The notes under the pieces are model-generated. The model was not told where the DNA came from. It saw nothing but the letters and a program-made list of their open reading frames with translations, and did no database searches. A program made the position numbers and the translations under genes. Below, one piece after another: positions 1 to 6,982 of a stretch of 64,000 bases of DNA (position 1 is the first letter of the stretch; each line of letters opens with the position of its first letter). Source of the DNA: Nitrospirota bacterium (GTDB lineage Bacteria > Nitrospirota > Thermodesulfovibrionia > Thermodesulfovibrionales > UBA6898); assembly GCA_021814475.1 (NCBI GenBank), contig JAKAIE010000004.1, forward strand, positions 3,283 to 67,282, read 5' to 3'.

Positions 1-2118
1 TCGGCCAAGTCGGATATGGGGACACTGAAGATCTATGAAGATTCGGTGCGCGATGACCTGCTCACCCCGGTGGAAGTCTCGGCGGAAATCATCAGGGAGC
101 TTATCCGGGCTGCGGAAAAGGAGACAGGGGTATCACCCAAAAAGGCACGGGTGGTCATCACCGTACCGGCATCGTTTACCCATAACCAGAGGCAGGACAC
201 CTTGGATGCCGCGAGATTCGCGGGCTTGACCATAGCTGACGGGGATCTACTCGACGAACCGGTCGCAGCCTTTATTCACACAGCCTGTCATCAGAAGCTC
301 GATGCGCAGCTGGATATGACGAGTCCGAAGAGAATCCTGATCTTCGACCTCGGAGCCGGTACATGTGATGTTTCGGTCTTTGAGGCGTCGTATGCTGCCG
401 GATTCGCCTCCTCTGGTATAGGTCTCGATATCGTAAACAGGTCGATCAGCAACTATGAAAAGCTGGGGGGTGATAACGTCGACCTCCATATTGTCGAGTT
501 GGCCATCCTTCCCCATTTCTGCGAAAAGAACAGGATTGATTTTGATGAGCTGCCGGAGAGAGTCAAGCGGGAGATCAGGTTCAGGCTGAAACTGAAGGCC
601 CGGCAGGTGAAGGAGGAGATCTGTCGCCAGATACGCGACGGCCGGGGCATGACGGGGATCAAACAGCCGTGGGCGATCGATTCTTTTCCTATTTCAGAGC
701 AGAATACCAGGACAGCCAAGGTGACAGGTACGACCAAACTGGAGACATTCCTGGAACTCATGCATCCGTTTATCGCAGATGACCTTGAGAGTTCCTATAC
801 CATCGCGGACGACTACTGCACATATTCATTCTTCGGACCAGTGATAGATTCACTCAGGAAGGCCGGTCTCGGGTTGGGTGACGTTGACGGCTTTATCTTT
901 AATGGCGGTAGTTGCCACAACCCCATAATCCGCAGGGCCTTCAAAGACCACGGCGGCCTTGCAGGGGCAACTTTCTTTGAAACCCCGGACCTGGACCTCT
1001 CGGTTTCGAAGGGTGCAGCTATCCACTGCTACTATCTTCATCGTAACAGCAGGCCGCTGGTGACCCCCATTCTGAACAGCGATATCGGTATCTACACGCA
1101 TGGGCTGAAAAAGGAGGTGTTGATTCCGGCAGGAACCTCGTTGCCGTTCCCCGAAGGCGGAGATTACAGGGTGAAGAATGATTTCTGTCTGCCGAGGGCA
1201 AAAATGAACAGCGTGGGGATCTCCGTATTTTCCGGGGATGGAAGAGTGGTCAGCAATCTTAAGCTGCCGCTGCCTGAGGGGGTGAAGAAAGGAGACCCGG
1301 TGAGCATCGGTGTCCGTATTGACAGCAACAAGGTGATGTCCTTCACGGCGTTTATGTCCGACACCCCCGATGTCAGAATAGAGGCCGAGCTGAGCAATCC
1401 ATGGACACATACGGTGAACACCCCTGAGGACATGGCTGCCAACGAGCTCTGGGAGAAGGTCGCGAGCACGAGAAGAGAGAGGCAGAATGTGCCGGCCGGC
1501 ACCATGATCGACCTTGCCAACCGGGAACGCCTCCGCAACAACGTGGATGCAGCATTAGAGATCATGCAGCGACTGGAAGACAGGGGAACCAGCACTCCAG
1601 GTTTTCACAATATCCTCGCCCTCTGCTATGCGAGGAGAGGGCAGCGGGACAAGGCCCTTGAACATTTCAGGAAGGCAGCTGAAATGGCCCCTGACAATGC
1701 CACTCTGGTTTCGAACTATGGCAGTGAACTTGTCAATAATGACAGGGTGGACGAGGGGATTTCGGTCCTGAGACGCGCTGTAGACATTGGTTCTGGAGAT
1801 TATTTTCCCCATTACTGGCTGGGTTATGCGTACAGAGGCAAAGGGGACGAGGAATCGGCGGGAAAGGAGTTCCTGCGTGCCCGAAAGATACTGGTTTCAC
1901 TCTGCTGCCAGCATCCGGACAATGAGGTCTATACCGACTTTCTTCAGGACGTCGAACTTGCCATCGGAAACTATGCGGAATCCGATGCAGCCAGGAGGAG
2001 ACTCCAGGCTATCAGGAATTCCAAGATCCTGGGTGGGGATCAGGAAGACCTTCTGGCCGGGCCTGAGTCCGGCATATGGACAGAGGACGAGATCTATGAA
2101 AACAAAGAGCGGGAATAA
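1..2118 (+). CDS. Hsp70-family (DnaK-like) ATPase with C-terminal TPR repeats; 5' end cut by window edge
   Basis: Frame is open from nt 1 (listed ORF 16..2118). Hsp70/actin-fold motifs: VVITVPASFTHNQRQDTLDAARFAGL, ILIFDLGAGTCDVSVFE, FIFNGGSCHNPIIRRAF. A DnaK-SBD-beta-like segment follows (DIGIYTHG..LIPAGTSLPF..ISVFSGDG..VSIGVRIDSNKVMSFTAF). TPR-like repeats (ALCYARRGQRDKALEHFRKAAEMAPDN; YWLGYAYRGKGDEESAGKEF) then replace the helical lid. Confidence 0.8.
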   Translation, partial: SAKSDMGTLKIYEDSVRDDLLTPVEVSAEIIRELIRAAEKETGVSPKKARVVITVPASFTHNQRQDTLDAARFAGLTIADGDLLDEPVAAFIHTACHQKLDAQLDMTSPKRILIFDLGAGTCDVSVFEASYAAGFASSGIGLDIVNRSISNYEKLGGDNVDLHIVELAILPHFCEKNRIDFDELPERVKREIRFRLKLKARQVKEEICRQIRDGRGMTGIKQPWAIDSFPISEQNTRTAKVTGTTKLETFLELMHPFIADDLESSYTIADDYCTYSFFGPVIDSLRKAGLGLGDVDGFIFNGGSCHNPIIRRAFKDHGGLAGATFFETPDLDLSVSKGAAIHCYYLHRNSRPLVTPILNSDIGIYTHGLKKEVLIPAGTSLPFPEGGDYRVKNDFCLPRAKMNSVGISVFSGDGRVVSNLKLPLPEGVKKGDPVSIGVRIDSNKVMSFTAFMSDTPDVRIEAELSNPWTHTVNTPEDMAANELWEKVASTRRERQNVPAGTMIDLANRERLRNNVDAALEIMQRLEDRGTSTPGFHNILALCYARRGQRDKALEHFRKAAEMAPDNATLVSNYGSELVNNDRVDEGISVLRRAVDIGSGDYFPHYWLGYAYRGKGDEESAGKEFLRARKILVSLCCQHPDNEVYTDFLQDVELAIGNYAESDAARRRLQAIRNSKILGGDQEDLLAGPESGIWTEDEIYENKERE

Positions 2119-2656
2119 GAAGCCGAAGGGGACCCGTCCAAGAAACGTCTGGAATTCGGTGCGTAAGCTTCAGAACTACCTGAAAAAGGCTGATATTGAG
2201 GCCATGGTCTTTATGGATTCTCTCCAGGAGCTGAGGGATGCGGTGATGCTCGATGTACGCGCCGAAATCGTCAGGGGTTTATGCAACACGGTCCACGGAG
2301 ACCTCCTTAACGGCCTCCTGGAATACAGGAGGAAGATCGAAAATGGCGCAGACTCGGGGGACATCGGGGAAAACGCGGTTATGATCGGTCTACTCGATAC
2401 CCTGATGCAAAAGCTTTGCGTAAGGCCTTTCAGAACATCCGGTGAGCGGTTCTTTGTCAGAAGGGACGCGGCCACCGATTATGAGTTCGAAGAATATCCG
2501 GAGGCGATAGCAGACGATAAGAATACGAAGTTCGAGGTCGAGGTACTTCGGCCAGGGTGGAAGATTGATGAGAGGATTATCATCAAACCAAAAGTGATCC
2601 AGGTATCCTGTGCAGAAGAAGACATGTTTGAACGCTCAAGGCCACACACGTATTAA
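2096..2656 (+). CDS. GrpE-like nucleotide-exchange factor (186 aa), overlapping the Hsp70-like gene
   Basis: ATG at 2096 lies inside listed ORF 1787..2656 and overlaps the upstream stop by 23 nt. Basic N-terminus and helical middle. The C-terminal pattern GERFFVRRDAATDYEFEE...KFEVEVLRPGWKIDERIIIKPKVIQVS resembles the GrpE beta-domain (G-x-F-D-P ... V..GY...R-v-l-R-p-A-x-V-x-V). Assigned by eye. Confidence 0.55.
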   Translation: MKTKSGNKKPKGTRPRNVWNSVRKLQNYLKKADIEAMVFMDSLQELRDAVMLDVRAEIVRGLCNTVHGDLLNGLLEYRRKIENGADSGDIGENAVMIGLLDTLMQKLCVRPFRTSGERFFVRRDAATDYEFEEYPEAIADDKNTKFEVEVLRPGWKIDERIIIKPKVIQVSCAEEDMFERSRPHTY

Positions 2657-2775
2657 CAAGACGGCCTGAAATACTGCAGGGGATAACTGAAAGTGCCCCA
2701 CTCTGGATACGGCCTTGTCCCTCCCTTATATGAGTCTTTATTGTATTTGTGGTGGCGGTGATGTTATATTCGCAC

Positions 2776-2984
2776 ATGGATATCACTCATTTGGCCCTGA
2801 GGTTTTATAGACGAGACTTCTAACTGCTTGTCTGGCCTTCATATTGCCATAACTCCTCTTCCTGGGCCAGAGGCATGCGGAGATGCGTATTATGGGCTGG
2901 CAGCTCTGTCCTGAAATTATCGCTTTTGGGGCTGTTCAAATTATCGCCTACGCCATTGAAGTTGAAATAACAGATTATCAATGA
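2776..2984 (+). pseudogene. Decayed higB (RelE/HigB-family killer) remnant upstream of higA
   Basis: The frame ending at TGA 2982-2984, 12 nt before the higA ATG, reads ..GQRHAEMRIMGWQLCPEIIAFGAVQIIAYAIEVEITDYQ*. This follows the HigB C-terminal pattern (G-x-R-x-G-x-W-S-x-R-x-x-x-x-W-R-x-x-F ... V-x-x-x-D-Y-H). That frame is closed by TAA at 2850. An upstream piece (MDITHLALRFYRRDF*, from 2776) is in another frame. No intact ORF of about 90 aa exists. Confidence 0.4.
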
Positions 2985-2996
2985 AAGGAGCCGATT

Positions 2997-3305
2997 ATGC
3001 GGACATTAAAGAACATACATCCTGGTGAAGTTCTCAAGGAAGAGTTCCTGGAACCGATGGGTCTCTCTGTATACCGTCTTTCAAAAGAGACAGGTCTTTT
3101 GCAGACCAGGTTGAGCCAGATTATCAAAGGCGAAAGAGGTATCTCTGCCGAGACCGCGCTAAAACTTGGCAAGTTTTTCGGTGTTCCTGCTGAATTCTGG
3201 ATGAATCTGCAGACGCTCTATGACATTGAAGAGGCTCAGAAAAGATACAAGAAGGATATCGAATCCATTCATACCTTCCGCGATTCCAGGCTGGCGGTAA
3301 TATAG
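2997..3305 (+). CDS. higA: HigA-family antitoxin (XRE helix-turn-helix)
   Basis: 102 aa. IHPGEVLKEEFLEPMGLSVYRLSKETGLLQTRLSQIIKGERGISAETALKLGKFFGVPAEFWMNLQTLYD matches the HigA/VapI antidote pattern (hPGe.L.eefL.p.g.s...lA...g......s.ii.g.r.it...Al.L...fg.s.efW..LQ..yd). Confidence 0.85.
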   Translation: MRTLKNIHPGEVLKEEFLEPMGLSVYRLSKETGLLQTRLSQIIKGERGISAETALKLGKFFGVPAEFWMNLQTLYDIEEAQKRYKKDIESIHTFRDSRLAVI

Positions 3306-3379
3306 AGGTAAAGAGATTTCGGCGTTCCGGACTTTTCCTGTATGACTGATTGATGACAAATTAGCATTGAGCCGATGTA

Positions 3380-4453
3380 ATGGCATTACCGACTGCTTAT
3401 AAATGGAATTTTGCTCCACGCTTCCGCAGGAATGCCTTTGGCTGGCGTTCTCAGCCGGCACTGACACGGATAAAGGAGGCTGTGGCGGAGATAAAGAAGA
3501 TGGCACGGAAGGAGTCCGTTCTGGCTGCCGAAGGCGCCGTGCTGTTTCTGGAGAAGGTATCCCCTGCATTAGCCCACGTCGATAGCTCCTCGGGTGCGAT
3601 AGGAACGGCGGTGAACAATGCCATCGATATACTTGCGGCCATCATAGCCATAGCACCGGCAGACAATTCCCTTCGGGACAAATGGATGGATCGTCTCTGG
3701 CAAGCGGTTGAGGACGACGATATCCCCTATATCGAGCTGTTGCCGGAATATTGGGGAGATCTCTGCGCCACCCCTGAGCGAGCCTCTCGCTGGGCAGACT
3801 CGTTTATCGATGGGGTAAAAATGGCGTGGAAGAATTCTTCTTCCGGGCATTACGTTTATTTCAAGGGTACAGTTGCGTGTTTGAGCGCTCTGATCAAGGC
3901 TGGACGGAATGAGGAAGTCCTCGCCCTGCTTGAGCTGTCGCCATACAAATACTGGCATTACAGTCAATGGGGAGTGAAGGCCCTGAGCGCAATGGGCAAG
4001 AAGGCCGAAGCGATCCGCTACGCTGAGAGCAATCGAGGAATCAACGATCCCGTGGACGCAATTGCAGAGGCATGCGAGGAGATTTTGCTTTCAAGCGGCA
4101 TGAGCGAGGAAGCCTATGCCCGCTATGCAAACCTCGCCAATCGAGGAACTTCTCACTTGGCCACGTTCCGGTCTATTGCAAAGAAATATCCCCATAAGAC
4201 CGCTGCCGAGGTACTGCACGATCTGGTCCGAAGCACACCCGGAGAAGAAGGTAAATGGTTTGCCTCTGCGAAATCAGTGGGTCTGTATGATGAGGCAATA
4301 GCACTGGCAAACAAGACGCCTTGTGATCCGAGGACATTGACGCGGGCAGCCAAAGAAGCTTTGCCCGAGCATCCTGCGTTTGCTGTTGAAGCAGGGATGG
4401 CGGCGCTCAGATGGCTGAGCGAGGGGTATTGTCGCCGTCTCAGGCGATTTTAA
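3380..4453 (+). CDS. Hypothetical alpha-helical repeat protein (357 aa)
   Basis: Long ORF with coding-like composition. A/L/E-rich amphipathic segments, no TM segment and no catalytic motif recognised. The 3' end overlaps the convergent antitoxin gene by 14 nt. Confidence 0.6.
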   Translation: MALPTAYKWNFAPRFRRNAFGWRSQPALTRIKEAVAEIKKMARKESVLAAEGAVLFLEKVSPALAHVDSSSGAIGTAVNNAIDILAAIIAIAPADNSLRDKWMDRLWQAVEDDDIPYIELLPEYWGDLCATPERASRWADSFIDGVKMAWKNSSSGHYVYFKGTVACLSALIKAGRNEEVLALLELSPYKYWHYSQWGVKALSAMGKKAEAIRYAESNRGINDPVDAIAEACEEILLSSGMSEEAYARYANLANRGTSHLATFRSIAKKYPHKTAAEVLHDLVRSTPGEEGKWFASAKSVGLYDEAIALANKTPCDPRTLTRAAKEALPEHPAFAVEAGMAALRWLSEGYCRRLRRF

Positions 4454-4715
4454 CTTCAAGCCTCTTTCCAAGGGCATGGGCCACCTTCTCCAGGGTCGAG
4501 AGCTTGATATCCTCTGCATGGTTTTCGATCCGTGATATGGCGGTCTTCTTAGTCTTCAGCCTCTGGGCGAGTTCTTCCTGTGTCAGTCCTGCCGTCTCCC
4601 GGGCCTGCTTCAGTACCACACCTATTTTGAACTGCTCGTATCCCTCTTCATAGCCTTCGGCAAAGGCCCTGTCCCTCTTCTTTCTTTCTACAACGTATTT
4701 TTTCAGGTCGCTCAT
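4440..4715 (-). CDS. XRE-family HTH antitoxin (91 aa)
   Basis: Start MSDLKKYV at 4715 preceded by AAAGGAGG. HTH core LKQARETAGLTQEELAQRLKTKKTAISRIENHAEDIKLSTLEKVAHALG. The listed ORF start at 4766 has no RBS. Confidence 0.8.
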   Translation of the reverse strand: MSDLKKYVVERKKRDRAFAEGYEEGYEQFKIGVVLKQARETAGLTQEELAQRLKTKKTAISRIENHAEDIKLSTLEKVAHALGKRLEVKIA

Positions 4716-5067
4716 CTTTTGTCCTCCTTTGCAAATAGTCCTTCCTGTAATCCTCTGCCCGTTCAATCTCCCTCTGAGGGGTCTTTTGTGTTTTCTTGAT
4801 CAATCCGTGCGTCAAGACAACAACAGAATGACCGTCAAAAAAGCAGAATATCCGGTAAGCATTGGAGCCAAGCTGTATCCTGCATTCCCATATCTCCTCG
4901 GTGCTGACAAGCTTTTTGAAGTACGTCGACGGCACAACGTCAAGGTCTTCGATCAGGTTCAATACCCAGGTCACTTTCTGCGCCGCCTTACCGGACAGCG
5001 AATCAAGAAACTCCTGCACCGGGCATTTGCCGTCAGCAGTCCTGTAGAAGATTACTGTCTTACCCAC
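4648..5067 (-). CDS. Type II toxin, Gp49-like/HigB-RelE superfamily (139 aa)
   Basis: MGKTVIFYRTADGKCPVQEFLDSL...EIWECRIQLGSNAYRIFCFFDGHSVVVLTHGLIKKTQKTPQREIERAE is the typical Gp49/DUF891 toxin pattern. GTG start. Toxin-first order as in higBA. The last 68 nt overlap the antitoxin gene out of frame. Confidence 0.75.
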   Translation of the reverse strand: MGKTVIFYRTADGKCPVQEFLDSLSGKAAQKVTWVLNLIEDLDVVPSTYFKKLVSTEEIWECRIQLGSNAYRIFCFFDGHSVVVLTHGLIKKTQKTPQREIERAEDYRKDYLQRRTKDERPEKIRCRKKEEGQGLCRRL

Positions 5068-5073
5068 AGAAGT

Positions 5074-5102
5074 ATGTTAACGTCTACGTTAACTCTTGTC
5101 AA
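5074..5102 (-). promoter_or_regulatory. Putative sigma70 promoter of the toxin-antitoxin operon
   Basis: Minus strand: TTGACA (5102..5097), 17 nt spacer, TAACAT (5079..5074). The -10 ends only 6 nt before the GTG start, implying a leaderless or near-leaderless mRNA. Confidence 0.45.
5076..5093. promoter_or_regulatory. Perfect-arm inverted repeat GTTAACGT-ct-ACGTTAAC (candidate antitoxin operator)
   Basis: 8-bp arms are exact reverse complements and lie inside the promoter spacer/-10 region. Confidence 0.55.
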
Positions 5103-5119
5103 GCTGCCGGTATTTCCAG

Positions 5120-5138
5120 AACGTGAAGAAAACGTGAA
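5120..5138. repeat. Direct repeat AACGTGAA x2 at 11-bp spacing
   Basis: AACGTGAA at 5120..5127 and 5131..5138, just upstream of the TA -35. It shares the AACGT core with the inverted repeat. Confidence 0.5.
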
Positions 5139-5327
5139 AATAGACGGTCGAAAACGGTATAAATCGAGCGAGTTCTATAAAAAACTAAAGCAGCCTAACT
5201 CCCTGATAATCAAAATCAATTTCTGGTATTTTCAAGCACTTGCCAAGTCCCCTGATCCGCCCTTTCAAGTCTGTGTCACGTGAGTAGAATTCATATATAG
5301 GCTTGTCGTGGGGTTGGGGCATGCCTA

Positions 5328-5588
5328 TCAAGTATTGAGCCGAATTATTCTAATAACCCTTGCAAAATTATCGTCGGCTGCATCTTCAATAGGCGCAAAG
5401 AGGACCTGATCGCCAGTCTTCAGCTCAATTCGAACCCTGTTCAGTTCACGTGAGTCTATGCTGTATTCGGCTCCGTTGGCGAGAGACTTGATTTTACCTG
5501 TATTGGATTCGGGATCAAACTCGGTAATGACTCCCTCCTCTTTTTGATATATATCATACCACGCTTCTTCCCGCGCATCCATGCCCAT
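5328..5588 (-). CDS. Hypothetical small protein (86 aa), possibly OB/cold-shock-like
   Basis: ORF only. GVITEFDPESNTGKIKSLANGAEYSIDSRELN..LKTGDQVLFAP loosely follows the cold-shock-domain pattern. No clear RBS. Confidence 0.35.
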   Translation of the reverse strand: MGMDAREEAWYDIYQKEEGVITEFDPESNTGKIKSLANGAEYSIDSRELNRVRIELKTGDQVLFAPIEDAADDNFARVIRIIRLNT

Positions 5589-5660
5589 GGAGACTAGAGG
5601 AATATCTTTTTTGTTATTTTTTTTGTCATTTGCTAGAAACGGAAAACGAGTTGGAAGTCA

Positions 5661-5693
5661 CTGTCCTGCAACTGTCCTGTTAAGTGTCCTGTT
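5661..5693. repeat. Three phased copies of (C/G)TGTCCTG
   Basis: CTGTCCTG at 5661, CTGTCCTG at 5672 and GTGTCCTG at 5684, so the spacing is 11 and 12 bp. Confidence 0.7.
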
Positions 5694-5702
5694 GGAACAA
5701 GT

Positions 5703-5734
5703 GAGGCTGTCAGACTCACCTGTCTGACAGCCTC
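5703..5734. repeat. Perfect 13-bp-stem inverted repeat with 6-nt loop
   Basis: GAGGCTGTCAGAC (5703..5715), tcacct, GTCTGACAGCCTC (5722..5734). It lies 29 nt beyond the tRNA 3' end. No U-tract on either strand. Confidence 0.8.
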
Positions 5735-5763
5735 TAATCTATTGAAAATAAACGATAATTTCT

Positions 5764-5840
<77 letters not shown>

Positions 5841-5854
5841 TCAATGTAAAACCA

Positions 5855-5884
5855 ATAATAACCTATGTGACAGACTGTTGTCAA
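5855..5884 (-). promoter_or_regulatory. Putative sigma70 promoter for tRNA-fMet
   Basis: Minus strand: TTGACA (5884..5879), 18 nt spacer, TATTAT (5860..5855). The -10 ends 14 nt before the mature tRNA 5' end. Confidence 0.5.
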
Positions 5885-5905
5885 ATTACGTGAGAATTAC
5901 GTAAG
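5884..5905. repeat. Tandem 11-mer AATTACGTGAG / AATTACGTAAG
   Basis: Two adjacent copies with 1 mismatch, abutting the -35 of the tRNA promoter on its upstream side. Confidence 0.7.
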
Positions 5906-6038
5906 AATAACATGATACATCCATGAGAAAGCCAGCCATAAAGGCATGATTTGTATCGCCGAAGCCGGCCGCTGCCATGGCTGCGGGAGGCTTCTCCGCG
6001 CGGATTAAGACGCCGCGGCGCCTGTCCTGGGCCGCCGC

Positions 6039-6512
6039 TTATTTCTTTTCGCCGCTGACCGCCTTTGAATAGACGTTCTTTATATGATCGAGGTATCCGA
6101 CGAACTCCTCGGGGTCGACCTTGTCGATGAAGCAGAGCCTCTTGCCGGCCTTGTCAAGGATCAGATTTGTATCGAAGTCCAGGAAGATGAGCAGGCAGTC
6201 CTTCTTGTAGTCGAATTTTTCCCCGAGCTTCTCCTCGTCCTTTGTGAGCGGCTTCGTCAGGTCGACTCTGATCGGGATAAAGTCGTCCATGATCTTCTTT
6301 GCGATGACAGGGTTGTCATAGACTTCCTTCTGGAGCTTCTCGCACCGCGGGCATCCCTTGCCGAAGAAAAAGTCGATGATCATCGCCTTCTTCTCGGCCT
6401 TTGCGCGCGGCATCCCGTCCTTCAGAGTGACCCATGTAATCTTGTCCCCAGCGGATGCGGCTGAAGCGAAAAATGTGAAGAGCAACAGAAACAGGGTGAG
6501 ATATTTTTTCAT
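6039..6512 (-). CDS. Secreted thioredoxin-fold protein (CxxC)
   Basis: Signal peptide MKKYLTLFLLLFTFFASAASA. Redox motif GKGCPRCEKL in a thioredoxin-like context. Confidence 0.7.
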   Translation of the reverse strand: MKKYLTLFLLLFTFFASAASAGDKITWVTLKDGMPRAKAEKKAMIIDFFFGKGCPRCEKLQKEVYDNPVIAKKIMDDFIPIRVDLTKPLTKDEEKLGEKFDYKKDCLLIFLDFDTNLILDKAGKRLCFIDKVDPEEFVGYLDHIKNVYSKAVSGEKK

Positions 6513-6703
6513 GGCGCCTCCTGGTGTTCTGTCTATAGTGTTGTTATATTATATCATTGTTACAGTGAAGGAATTGTTTTTGTATCGCGGACCGGGTATT
6601 TCATGCCGGAACCAGTGCATTTTTCGTGAAATAAATCGTCCCTTTGTGTATAATACTAAGTCTGTTTGTACAAATCTGGTGATTGAATGTTCTGGAGGAA
6701 GAG

Positions 6704-6901
6704 ATGCCGAAGTTAAAGACGCATAAAGGCGCAGCAAAACGGTTCAAGGTGACCGCGACGGGCGAGGTGAAGAGGCACAAGGGTTTTACGAGCCATCTTT
6801 TGACCAGCAAGCCGGCCAAGAGGGCAAGGGGCCTTCGCCAGGCGACTCTCGTGGCAGATACCGACCGCGACAACATAAAGAAGCTTTTACCGTACGGTTA
6901 A
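6704..6901 (+). CDS. rpmI: 50S ribosomal protein L35
   Basis: [33 protein letters not shown]; GGAGGAAGAG precedes the ATG at 6704. Confidence 0.95.
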   Translation: MPKLKTHKGAAKRFKVTATGEVKRHKGFTSHLLTSKPAKRARGLRQATLVADTDRDNIKKLLPYG

Positions 6902-6982
6902 ACTATTAAATCAGGGACTATGAAGCCGGGCCCGCAGTGAGGGGCCTGTTCTTATCGCAGTTCTGTTTTTGAGGAGGAGAAG

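Larger units (their letters stand above)
1..5763. other. Accessory islet abutting the 3' end of tRNA-fMet (left boundary outside window)
   Basis: All genes here are non-core (Hsp70-TPR/GrpE-like pair, two TA-type loci, orphans). Strands are mixed and spacers are longer and more AT-rich than in the core genes from 6039 onward. No integrase or att repeat seen in the window. Confidence 0.45.

Noticed and set aside
1787-2095. N-terminal 103 codons of listed ORF 1787..2656.
   Set aside because: They lie entirely inside the well-supported Hsp70-TPR coding frame. The GrpE-like similarity begins after the internal ATG at 2096.
2749-2757. 9-nt match (TGGTGGCGG) to the 3' end of the tRNA-fMet gene, a possible att repeat.
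   Set aside because: The match stops after 9 nt. A 9-mer is expected by chance about once in a window this size on two strands.
6022-6029. Fourth copy of CTGTCCTG on the other side of the tRNA.
   Set aside because: It is isolated and not phased with the triplet. The same 7-8-mer also occurs inside coding regions (e.g. near 37089), so it is compatible with chance.
6513-6703. Possible L20-binding leader or T-box upstream of rpmI or pheS.
   Set aside because: No recognisable conserved structure by eye. The rplT-pheS gap is only 6 nt, leaving no room for a T-box.
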